Shown: in pieces, positions 10,149-18,602 of the stretch
How the letters are laid out: every line of letters starts with the position of its first letter
Numbering within the stretch: position 1 is the stretch's first letter
Source of the DNA: an uncultured Alphaproteobacteria bacterium
Lineage (GTDB): Bacteria > Pseudomonadota > Alphaproteobacteria > Rs-D84
Direction: 5' to 3'
NCBI GenBank assembly: GCA_944389645.1
Contig: CALXMZ010000033.1
Coordinates: 1 to 50,335, forward strand
Length of the DNA stretch: 50,335 bases
The notes under the pieces: generated by a model
The model's input: only the letters and a program-made list of their open reading frames with translations
Told to the model about the DNA's origin: nothing
The model's database searches: none
Made by a program: the position numbers and the translations under genes

Positions 10149-11738
10149 ATGGTTAGGTATTTAGATAATAATTCCGGGTTTAAACAGTGGAACGCGAATA
10201 AGGAAGTAAACAAATCTTCAAAATCTAAGATTGGTAGTTTTTTTTGGTGGGTTCTTTTATTTTTTGCATCTTGGTGGTTAATAGGTTCATGGATGGCACC
10301 AAAAAATACAGAATACAAAGTTTCTGATGAAAAAACTGTAATAGAAGATTTATCATCAGTTCCGACCTCAGAAATTAGTTCAGAAGATATTTCTGCTGAA
10401 ATTCAGGGTTTACGTATTTCTAATATAAATTTATTAAAATTTGCTAAAAATGGTTCTGATTTTAACTCGAAAACGCACGTTTCTTTATTAAATGACGTGG
10501 GGACTTTTGCAGAAATAGGTTTTATTGCTTCTGGAACAAACGCACCTGTTGCAACAACTGTATGGAAAAAAGAAGGAGATACTTTCATTTGGCGAAACTC
10601 TAGTGGCATTGAATATCGTCGTACTATCAGCATAGATGGTTATGTGGTGACAATAGAAGATGCGATAAAAAATACGTCTGGTAAAGACGTTTCTATTGCT
10701 CCGTATGCTAAAATAGTAAGTTCGAATAATAAACCTTCGTCTGCAGGGGTTTTTACAGGTGCAATTGCTTATGTAAATTCTGATATTGAACGAGACGATT
10801 GGCATGATTTAGATAAAAAGTCTTTTGCTTATTCTACAACTACGGGTTTTATTGGTTTTGCTGATCAATATTGGGAAACCATAGTTTCTATAGATAGTCT
10901 TGATCAGACTTTACGAGTAAAAAAGCAAGATGTAAATTTATATCAATCTGATGTAGTTGCTAATCCAATTTCTATTGCGTCAGGTGAAACGAAAAATTTT
11001 ACTACGAATTTATTTGTTGGACCACGTGATCAGAAGGTTTTGGATTCTGCAAGTAAGAAAATTGCAGGTATAAATGAAACGATGGATTATGGTTGGTTTT
11101 GGTTTTTGGCAAGACCTATGTTATGGGCATTGAATGCATTAAATTCAATTGTTATGAATTATGGTATTGCAATAATTATTTTGACTATTTTATTACGTTT
11201 AGTTATATGGCCTCTTACTAGGAAATCATATACATCAATGATTGCTATGCAGAAAATGCAACCTGAAATGGAGCGTATACAAAAATTGTATGTAAATGAT
11301 AAAGCTCGTATGCAGATGGAAATGATGCGTTTATATCAAACACATAAAACATCACCGATGTCTGGGTGTTTACCGATGTTAATACAGATTCCTATTTTCT
11401 TTGCGTTATATAAAGCTTTGTTAATATCTGTTCAGATGCGTAGTGCACATTTTTTATGGATTCGTGATTTAGCTGCAATGGATCCTTATTTTATATTACC
11501 CATATTAATGGGGTTAACAATGTGGTTGCAACAGCATTTACAGACTGTATCTATGGCAAATAAAGAAACAAATAAGAATGATCCAGTTGCTCAGACGCAG
11601 AAAGCGATGAAGTGGATGCCATTAATATTTACTATTATGTTTGCGTGGATGCCTGCAGGTTTAGTTCTTTATTGGACAGTTTCAAATGTATTCGGAATCG
11701 GACAAATGTATTATATAAAAAAGTATGTAAAAAAGTAA
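10149..11738 (+). CDS. yidC: Membrane protein insertase YidC
   Basis: Periplasmic domain, DYGWFWF, GCLPMLIQIPIFFALY and PAGLVLYW. Confidence 0.95.
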   Translation: MVRYLDNNSGFKQWNANKEVNKSSKSKIGSFFWWVLLFFASWWLIGSWMAPKNTEYKVSDEKTVIEDLSSVPTSEISSEDISAEIQGLRISNINLLKFAKNGSDFNSKTHVSLLNDVGTFAEIGFIASGTNAPVATTVWKKEGDTFIWRNSSGIEYRRTISIDGYVVTIEDAIKNTSGKDVSIAPYAKIVSSNNKPSSAGVFTGAIAYVNSDIERDDWHDLDKKSFAYSTTTGFIGFADQYWETIVSIDSLDQTLRVKKQDVNLYQSDVVANPISIASGETKNFTTNLFVGPRDQKVLDSASKKIAGINETMDYGWFWFLARPMLWALNALNSIVMNYGIAIIILTILLRLVIWPLTRKSYTSMIAMQKMQPEMERIQKLYVNDKARMQMEMMRLYQTHKTSPMSGCLPMLIQIPIFFALYKALLISVQMRSAHFLWIRDLAAMDPYFILPILMGLTMWLQQHLQTVSMANKETNKNDPVAQTQKAMKWMPLIFTIMFAWMPAGLVLYWTVSNVFGIGQMYYIKKYVKK

Positions 11739-11760
11739 AAAACGCCGTTATAGGCGTTTT
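11739..11760. terminator. Bidirectional hairpin between yidC and the convergent ORF
   Basis: AAAACGCC-GTTATA-GGCGTTTT; the loop contains the stop codon of the minus-strand ORF. Confidence 0.6.
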
Positions 11761-12086
11761 AATTTTTTATATAATTTATAAGGTGTCTGAATAAATGGGG
11801 CATATAATCCGATAACCTTTTTTGTAAGATCTACGCAAGTTTTAGATTTTTTATAATTATAAGATTTTATATTATATATGTTTATAAATTCCCAACCCGC
11901 GTTACGTAATAGCTTTAAAGAATCAAGAGTTAGTATAATTTTTTTTATATGATTTTTCTTTATAAACTGAAGCATTATATATTCATTATTTTTGTTTATT
12001 AAGATAGGAGCACAATGTTTATATTTTCTGCAGAATAATTTGGGGAAAAGTTTTGATGTTTTTCTTGAAAAACCTATAATAATCAT
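11748..12086 (-). CDS. Hypothetical 112-aa basic protein, possibly a permuted papain-like (NlpC/P60-type) fold
   Basis: AAAGGA SD. Order of motifs is KHC ... TCVDL..K.IG ... QTPYKLYK. The fold call is an inference. Confidence 0.6.
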   Translation of the reverse strand: MIIIGFSRKTSKLFPKLFCRKYKHCAPILINKNNEYIMLQFIKKNHIKKIILTLDSLKLLRNAGWEFINIYNIKSYNYKKSKTCVDLTKKVIGLYAPFIQTPYKLYKKLKRL

Positions 12087-12140
12087 TTTTTATCCTTTTA
12101 AAAAGAACCCGTACCATAAAAGTACGGATCCAGATAAAAA

Positions 12141-12491
12141 TTATTCTTCAATCCAGCCGCGTTTAATTCCTGCGGTTTCAATTACATTCATTGCACGACG
12201 CCACAAGTCTGCAGAACGATTCTCTTCCCAAATATATTGATGTGGAGCCCGTCTTTTATCACCAAATTTTTTCATTACATTAAGTTGTTCTCGGCTTAAT
12301 TGACCAGATAAATATAATTTTGTTATAAGAGTTTCTACATCTAATAATTCGCATGGGCGTTTTGTGTAAGAATTATGTTTTTTTATGAAACCATTTTGGA
12401 TAGATTTCGAATATAAGAACCAAAACCATAGTTGCTCTGCGTTCTGAAATTTTTCTGTGAAACAATTTAATTGAATATTCTGAGATATCAT
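12141..12491 (-). CDS. Conserved-looking hypothetical protein (116 aa)
   Basis: Strong AGGAGGAG SD; motifs FQNAEQLWFWF, RPCE and LWRRAM..IE...KRGW. Confidence 0.75.
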   Translation of the reverse strand: MISQNIQLNCFTEKFQNAEQLWFWFLYSKSIQNGFIKKHNSYTKRPCELLDVETLITKLYLSGQLSREQLNVMKKFGDKRRAPHQYIWEENRSADLWRRAMNVIETAGIKRGWIEE

Positions 12492-12578
12492 TTTATTCTC
12501 CTCCTTTTTTAATTGCCCGACACGATATATAAAACATCAATGGAAAACTGTAAAACGTTACAACCAAAGGTTGAAATT

Positions 12579-12630
12579 CGAATCAGTTTTCTGATTCGTT
12601 AATAAGTTTTGTTTTCGTATATTCGAATCG
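12579..12630. promoter_or_regulatory. Cluster of three GANTC sites in YGAKTCG context, including a palindrome
   Basis: CGAATCAG-TTTT-CTGATTCG at 12579-12598 and CGAATCG at 12624-12630, upstream of the 116-aa gene. Confidence 0.5.
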
Positions 12631-12652
12631 TGTTTTTTGTGTTTTTTATATA

Positions 12653-12681
12653 AAAAACGCGCTAAGGTTTAGCGCGTTTTT
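12653..12681. terminator. Hairpin downstream of virB10 (second terminator)
   Basis: AAAAACGCGCTAA-GGT-TTAGCGCGTTTTT. Confidence 0.6.
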
Positions 12682-12748
12682 AAAAGCTTTTATATTATCA
12701 TTTTATATTATATCATAAACTCCTATTTTTTTCAATTATTGAATAAAG

Positions 12749-12768
12749 AACCGCCATAAATGGCGGTT
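12749..12768 (-). terminator. Terminator immediately after virB10
   Basis: AACCGCCAT-AA-ATGGCGGTT, 3 nt past the stop codon. Confidence 0.65.
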
Positions 12769-12771
12769 TAG

Positions 12772-15270
12772 TTATAAGATTGGAGGAAAACAGTCCCCCC
12801 CCGTTTCAGGACAACAATTAAAACCTTGTTCGCCCATATCTGTGTATATTTCACCAGGGCAGCAGCCGTATTCGTCAGGTAAAGTACCGTTTTCGTCACA
12901 AGTAATAACATTAACAACCGTTTCTTGTGTTTCTGTTTCTGTTGTCTGGAACGGATTTTGGATAGATCCGTCGTCGTTATAAGTTAACCCAAGTATTTCT
13001 TTATTATAAGTTTCACTACCAGAAATACCTGTTATTGTATTACTATTTGACCATGTGTCATAACTATTAATAGATTGGCCCGGAGAATAATTCGTTTTAA
13101 ATTGATCTTGCTGGTTTTGATACAAGACATCTTGTTTTACGTTATTTATTGCTTGATAATTCAGAGACTGACAATAAGCTAAAATTGTTCTATATTCATA
13201 ACCAGAATTATAAATTTGTTCTAGCATACCTTTATTAATATCCCAAATACCGCTAGAATCTGTCGTGCAATATTGCCCAAGATCAAATGAACGGACTTGA
13301 CCTACCCAAGATGGGTCATTATAGTTTATTGTTACACCTGGGTTAGATCTCCAACTATCATTACGAAAATTTCTTTCATCTTCCATTTTTGTAGCCTTTC
13401 GTACGTTTTCTACAGAGCATTCTTTATTATTATCTGTTCCGCAAGTTATAACTAAGTCATTAGGTGAAAAAATTGTAATGCGAGTCCCAGCAGCAATTGA
13501 GAAAGGTGGTATAGTATTGTCCATTGCATCAACTAGTAGTTTTTGTGCAACTTGGTTCCATGCGGTGATAATTTCGTTTTTTGCTAATTCTGATGATCGA
13601 ACAGTTCCAGATTGCACAACCGTATTATTATCTAGATCAATTTGATTAACAAATGTATCAGCAATAGGAGCAATCATATTAACTGCGGCTGGAACGATTG
13701 CTGTTAGCATTGGCATGACGATTTGTTCTACATAGTCTGTACTACCATGTCCTGGAACACCTGCTCGTCCTTGAGAATCTCCAGAAAATGGTTGACTCTC
13801 AGCATTGTGAAAATTAAACTCCACCCCATTGGGCAAAATAAATTGATACCATTTTATCTGCATGCGACCAATAGATTTGTAAGGACCTGGTAATTCGCCT
13901 GTGACATATCCCAGAATCAAAGTTCCTGTTGGTATTATTACCGTGCGTCCATCGTCAGAATATACGTTTCTATCAACTGTTGCACGTACAGGTAAATTTT
14001 GCCCAGAACATTGACTTCCAATACAATTATATAAAGAAGGATCTGCGCGAACTTCAGAAACAATTGTTGCGGGTATTGGTTTATATTGACGTAATACGAA
14101 CTTTCTATCAAATGGATCAGAAGAAAAAATAGCATTTTTACTACTTGATCCGATAATAGTAGGGTTTTTATTAGATTCTAACTTAATACGAGTTATCTGT
14201 TCTATAGGTTGCATATTTGCACTTTGAGCTAATAATTCTTCTGTCGTTAATTGTCTAGCTTTATTAACTGTTTTCTTTGACACTGGGTTTGATAGCTGTG
14301 GAATTGCCCCATTCGTTATAGATGTGTAACCTATATGTTCTGCATCTGTACCAATTTTTTTCCCATTATCATTTATATCTATTATTATACCGGTATCAGG
14401 GTTATATACTCCTGTTGGAGTATCGCAATTTTTATCTGAAAATGGGTGAAAGTAATAAGCTCCTGCTTCTGGGCGGATCCAACCGCTTTGAATACCAGAT
14501 AAATTGTAACCAGGAAAAGCAAAATCAGAACACTTTTCTGCAGGTGTTTCTTCAGTTAAATTTTCTTTAACCGGTTGAACGTCGATTGATTCCGCAACTT
14601 TTTCTTCTACTGGTTTCATAGTTTTTTCTTCAAAAAAATTATTTGATGAAGCAATTGCATTTATTTCTTTTTCTATTTCTTTTTTAGGTTCTTCTTTTTC
14701 TTCTTTGTCTAAGTTTTCCTGTTGTTGATTATCTATTGAAAATTGTGGGAGAGGCGTTTCTACTATTGGTTCTTTAGCTCCTAATATAAACATAATTTTT
14801 TCACTATCCGTCATTATATTTGACTCATCTACACCATGCCAATCAACGAATAATTCAACCGTTTCTGTTTTCATTTGTTCTGTTGGTCGATACTCTACAG
14901 TAATTGAGCAAGGATTATTTGTATCTATCTGAGCCATAGCAGTACAATTTTCCTGTGGTTTTGTAGATAAACCATTTACTTCCTTACCCCAATTTATTTT
15001 TAAGATTTTTGCAGGTGCGTTAGAAGAAATTTTTATCGTTTCTTTCTTTGTTTCACCGACAACTACATCTGCCCAATTTATAGTATCAGGGTTAATTTTT
15101 AGATTTATCGCAACAGCATCAACGTTTTTAATTTCTTCTTTATCTTTATTCGTTAATAATAAAGTTAACAAAATTAAAACCACAACAAAAGCAGCGATAA
15201 GCAACAGCCATTGAATATGTTTAGGCGTGCTTTTACGTAGTTCTGAAAATTGTTTTTTTATATTATTCAT
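12772..15270 (-). CDS. virB10: VirB10/TrbI family T4SS core protein with extra domains (832 aa)
   Basis: N-terminal TM anchor. TrbI motifs PIPATIVSEVRAD, VRATVDRNVYSDDGRTVIIPTGTLILG, RMQIKW...LPNG, DSQGRAGVPG and IPPFSIAAGTRITIFSPNDL. Confidence 0.85.
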   Translation of the reverse strand: MNNIKKQFSELRKSTPKHIQWLLLIAAFVVVLILLTLLLTNKDKEEIKNVDAVAINLKINPDTINWADVVVGETKKETIKISSNAPAKILKINWGKEVNGLSTKPQENCTAMAQIDTNNPCSITVEYRPTEQMKTETVELFVDWHGVDESNIMTDSEKIMFILGAKEPIVETPLPQFSIDNQQQENLDKEEKEEPKKEIEKEINAIASSNNFFEEKTMKPVEEKVAESIDVQPVKENLTEETPAEKCSDFAFPGYNLSGIQSGWIRPEAGAYYFHPFSDKNCDTPTGVYNPDTGIIIDINDNGKKIGTDAEHIGYTSITNGAIPQLSNPVSKKTVNKARQLTTEELLAQSANMQPIEQITRIKLESNKNPTIIGSSSKNAIFSSDPFDRKFVLRQYKPIPATIVSEVRADPSLYNCIGSQCSGQNLPVRATVDRNVYSDDGRTVIIPTGTLILGYVTGELPGPYKSIGRMQIKWYQFILPNGVEFNFHNAESQPFSGDSQGRAGVPGHGSTDYVEQIVMPMLTAIVPAAVNMIAPIADTFVNQIDLDNNTVVQSGTVRSSELAKNEIITAWNQVAQKLLVDAMDNTIPPFSIAAGTRITIFSPNDLVITCGTDNNKECSVENVRKATKMEDERNFRNDSWRSNPGVTINYNDPSWVGQVRSFDLGQYCTTDSSGIWDINKGMLEQIYNSGYEYRTILAYCQSLNYQAINNVKQDVLYQNQQDQFKTNYSPGQSINSYDTWSNSNTITGISGSETYNKEILGLTYNDDGSIQNPFQTTETETQETVVNVITCDENGTLPDEYGCCPGEIYTDMGEQGFNCCPETGGDCFPPIL

Positions 15271-15293
15271 AATTTAATCCGCATTCATACAAG

Positions 15294-16829
15294 TTACTGA
15301 ATTCTTACGACGCTGCAACTTACTCCCTGAGATTTGGTCAATTGATCGCATAGCTTTTGCGCTGTATCTATATCCGATAGCGGACCTATACGAAGGCGAT
15401 ATAAACGAGCTGCAGAAGATTCTGCACCTAACTCACCGACACCTTGTTCATCAACAGCAAAGAATACCATATTTTCATATGGGCTTAAAATACCCGTACC
15501 CTCATCCCCACTAAATTTTGATAATAAATTAGCCCAATAATCATTAAGAGCCTTCACAGAAGTGTCAGATTTTAATTCAACTGCAACGCCCGTCTGATTC
15601 GAGGTTATTAATGGTATGTTAGATTGCGGTAAGAAAGAACCTGCAGTTAATCGTTCTGTCGGTATCATTGAAACGCCACTAGCTGTTGAAGAACCATAAG
15701 TTTGTACAGGTAAACCATAACCAGCAGGCATATAATAACCCGTTGTTGATGCCCCCATTGTATTACCAACAAACATAGGTGTTGAAGTATAGTTACCAAC
15801 AGAAGAATTTATTGCCGATAAATCCGCATTATAAGCGATATTATTTAACGATTGCCCAGATAACATACTCTGAGCAACATTTGCTTCAGCTAAAGCCATA
15901 ACAGATGCTGTGTCAGCAATTAAGAAAGGTTTTTCACGTTTTTTTATACATACAATACGTTGACCGCTACGAAGAACCATATCACCAACCGCTTCAACTA
16001 TAAGCAATCTTCCGTCTTCACCGTCTGTTCTGAAGCTAACAGGTGATTCACCACCTTCTACTAACAGGGATACTACTGGACGTTGCGTCATTGAAATTAC
16101 TTTATCTCCGAAATCAATATACGTAAAGATTTGATCGCGCCAAACTCTTTCTGGTGCAATGACATAATCATCTGGATTAGGAACGAATATATCCATATCA
16201 AATCTAAATTCTGACGGATCTATTTTCATTGATTTTATCCAACCATAATCTTCACCATCTACGCCGACTGTATTACTAGTAGAAGATACTTTTTTGAAAA
16301 TGGAGGAAGCCCCACCACCAGAGTTTGCAGAATTAGAAGATGCACTTGGTAAAGTTGCATTACCATCAAGAACGACATCTACTTGGGAATACGTTATTTC
16401 ACTTGAGTTAGATGGTTCACAACGAAGATAAAATATATATTGATTTCCGGATTTACCGGTTACGATAAAATTCGTATCAGAACCTTGATTACTTGGTTGC
16501 GGATTTATTAGAATTTTATTTCCGCCTTGTGCAGCTTCAAATGCGAATAAACCGTCAGAGCCCACGACGGCATCTTCGATCTGTTCACCATTTGGTAAGG
16601 TTATCATAGTTACCATACCGTTACGAAGTTTTATAGGTAACACGCTACCTTTTGACCAGCTTAGTTGAGCATATCCTGGTTTCGTGCTACCAGATGCCAT
16701 ATTTGCATTTGGATTATCCCATGCTTCCTGAATGCCGGCCGCCATAGATGCTTTTGTATCACATAAAGCGCATAACATAGTCAGACATAATATTGATATA
16801 TTTAACTTTATCATTTTTGCGAACGTCAT
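15294..16829 (-). CDS. virB9: VirB9/TrbG family T4SS core protein fused to a C-terminal SPOR-like domain
   Basis: Signal peptide; IKLRNGMVTMITLPNGEQI..VVGS, TNFIVTG...YIFYL and PERVWRDQIFTYIDFG...LRSGQRIVCI. ATG 16829 has an AAGGAA SD; the track start is 16844. Confidence 0.85.
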   Translation of the reverse strand: MTFAKMIKLNISILCLTMLCALCDTKASMAAGIQEAWDNPNANMASGSTKPGYAQLSWSKGSVLPIKLRNGMVTMITLPNGEQIEDAVVGSDGLFAFEAAQGGNKILINPQPSNQGSDTNFIVTGKSGNQYIFYLRCEPSNSSEITYSQVDVVLDGNATLPSASSNSANSGGGASSIFKKVSSTSNTVGVDGEDYGWIKSMKIDPSEFRFDMDIFVPNPDDYVIAPERVWRDQIFTYIDFGDKVISMTQRPVVSLLVEGGESPVSFRTDGEDGRLLIVEAVGDMVLRSGQRIVCIKKREKPFLIADTASVMALAEANVAQSMLSGQSLNNIAYNADLSAINSSVGNYTSTPMFVGNTMGASTTGYYMPAGYGLPVQTYGSSTASGVSMIPTERLTAGSFLPQSNIPLITSNQTGVAVELKSDTSVKALNDYWANLLSKFSGDEGTGILSPYENMVFFAVDEQGVGELGAESSAARLYRLRIGPLSDIDTAQKLCDQLTKSQGVSCSVVRIQ

Positions 16830-16846
16830 ACTTATTCCTTCCATTT

Positions 16847-17521
16847 TTAAATATTTGTATCTTCTAAGAACCCTGTATCTAGTGGATCACCATTTCCAGA
16901 TAATATTTCATATTCTGAAACCCTAATACCCAGCGGGTTATTTATTCTGTCTACCCACTTAAGATTTTTTTCATTTTCTAATTTTATTTTTATTTTATAC
17001 TCTTTTTTATCTGACTGTCCATTAATATCTGAACAGAAATAACGAAACGTTATAGCATAAGTGTCATTTGTCCGTGGTTCAATCGCATTATTATCAAATT
17101 CAACAGAACATGAAAACTCAAAATCAGGAATACTAGACATTAACGCGTTCCACATACTTGTTTTTGTGAATTCGTTGTAAACGTTTTGATTTGACCATGT
17201 ATAAACGATACCGTTTAAGTCGTTATTCCATTTGGTCCGCATTACGTTTATATTAGGTATAATTTCGTTTCTTGCTTTTACGTATTCTTGAATAAATGCA
17301 CGTTTATAAGGTTCAATATTTTCATCAGACGGTTGCATTTCCGTTAATACAATCTGTAAGTTATTTTTTGGTACACTCATCAAGAAGAAGATTTGTGGTC
17401 TATTGGTGGGGAACATGTTGTACAAGGTAATGATCATAGTAATAACCACGACAATCATCGTTGCGAAAATGAACGTCATTAACCGTGATAATAAAATTGG
17501 TGGTTCGACGCGGTCTTGCAA
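16847..17521 (-). CDS. virB8: VirB8/TrbF family T4SS protein
   Basis: Single N-terminal TM, FIQEYVKARNE and C-terminal RINNPLGIRVSEY (NPLG motif). TTG start with GGAGAGG SD. Confidence 0.85.
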   Translation of the reverse strand: MQDRVEPPILLSRLMTFIFATMIVVVITMIITLYNMFPTNRPQIFFLMSVPKNNLQIVLTEMQPSDENIEPYKRAFIQEYVKARNEIIPNINVMRTKWNNDLNGIVYTWSNQNVYNEFTKTSMWNALMSSIPDFEFSCSVEFDNNAIEPRTNDTYAITFRYFCSDINGQSDKKEYKIKIKLENEKNLKWVDRINNPLGIRVSEYEILSGNGDPLDTGFLEDTNI

Positions 17522-17547
17522 GTGTTCCTCTCCTTATATTTAAAAAG

Positions 17548-17577
17548 ATTGTAGACAAAAAAGCAAGGGGTGTGCAA
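17548..17577 (-). promoter_or_regulatory. Sigma70-like promoter for the virB8-10 operon
   Basis: TTGCAC-N18-TACAAT on the minus strand. Confidence 0.5.
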
Positions 17578-17633
17578 GTAAAAAAGTACTATATAAACGC
17601 ATTTTCGTTAAAAAAATCGGTTTAATTTTTTTC

Positions 17634-17662
17634 TTGCTTGTTTTCGTTTAAAAAATTATAAT
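17634..17662 (+). promoter_or_regulatory. Sigma70-like promoter for tRNA-Trp-secE-nusG
   Basis: TTGCTT-N17-TATAAT. Confidence 0.6.
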
Positions 17663-17753
17663 ATTTCCGCTTGATTTTTTATGCAGGTGTGCTATCGTGA
17701 GCCAGACTATTAAGGTTCGCGGTAAATAAAGACAGGGTAAATGTTAACGTAAA

Positions 17754-17827
17754 AGGGGCATAGTTCAACGGTAGAATATCGGTCTCCAAAACCGCGGATG
17801 AGGGTTCGATTCCTTCTGCCCCTGCCA
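17754..17827 (+). tRNA. trpT: tRNA-Trp (CCA)
   Basis: Cloverleaf with AGGGGCA/TGCCCCT acceptor, anticodon CCA at 17786-17788, TTCGATT T-loop and encoded CCA. It sits in the usual position before secE. Confidence 0.97.
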
Positions 17828-17870
17828 AGGATTTAAATCCGTTTAGTAGTCAGATACATAGGCAAAATTT

Positions 17871-18050
17871 ATGAAAAAAATACTAGAATACATCAAGTCT
17901 GTTCGGGGAGAATGGTTTAAAATTGTATGGCCATCACGTGATAGCGTTATTCGTGCGACGATAATGATTTTGGTGTTTTCTGGTTTGGCAGCGCTGTTCT
18001 TTTTTGTTATTGACAGCGTTTTAAATACGATTGTGGGTTGGATTTTCTAA
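17871..18050 (+). CDS. secE: Preprotein translocase subunit SecE (59 aa)
   Basis: Read manually: MKKILEYIKSVRGEWFKIVWPSRDSVIRATIMILVFSGLAALFFFVIDSVLNTIVGWIF, with the E..K..WP motif plus a TM. Confidence 0.93.
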   Translation: MKKILEYIKSVRGEWFKIVWPSRDSVIRATIMILVFSGLAALFFFVIDSVLNTIVGWIF

Positions 18051-18068
18051 CGGGCAAAGGAAGTGCGT

Positions 18069-18602
18069 ATGGAAGATAAAATGCAATGGTTTGTTGTGAA
18101 TGTTCATACTGGTTGCGAGGATAAGGTTGCAAGGGGGCTACGTGAACAGATAGACAAACGTCGTTTAAATGCTTATTTTGGGGAAATTTTGGTACCGACG
18201 CGTGAAATTACCGAAATTAAAGCTGGTAAACGTGTAAAATCAGAAAAGAAATTTTTCCCGGGTTACATAGTTGTTCAAATGGTAATGAATAACGAAACTT
18301 TTTCGTTAGTAAAATTGATGCCACAGGTTGTGATGTTTCTTGGTGCTAAAAACAAACCTATTGCGGTCAGTGAAGAAGAGGCGCGTCGTTTGTTAAAGCA
18401 GGTAGAAGAAGGTTCTGTTGTTACGGAAGATATTGAATATGAAGTCGGACAAGAAGTTCATGTAATAGATGGTCCCTTTGCTGGATTTAATGGGGTTGTA
18501 TCAGAAGTGGATAATTTGAAACAGAAAATGACTGTTATTATTTTAGTATTCGGTCGTGAAACTAGTGTAGAGTTAGACTTTGCGCAAGTTGAAAGAGTTT
18601 AA
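18069..18602 (+). CDS. nusG: Transcription termination/antitermination factor NusG
   Basis: WFVV..HTGCE, FFPGYI and KOW motif VIDGPFAGFNG...FGRET. Confidence 0.97.
   Translation: MEDKMQWFVVNVHTGCEDKVARGLREQIDKRRLNAYFGEILVPTREITEIKAGKRVKSEKKFFPGYIVVQMVMNNETFSLVKLMPQVVMFLGAKNKPIAVSEEEARRLLKQVEEGSVVTEDIEYEVGQEVHVIDGPFAGFNGVVSEVDNLKQKMTVIILVFGRETSVELDFAQVERV

Noticed and set aside
12772-17827. virB genes as an ICE or genomic island integrated at tRNA-Trp
   Set aside because: They lie on the 5' side of the tRNA, divergently; no integrase, relaxase or duplicated tRNA end was seen.
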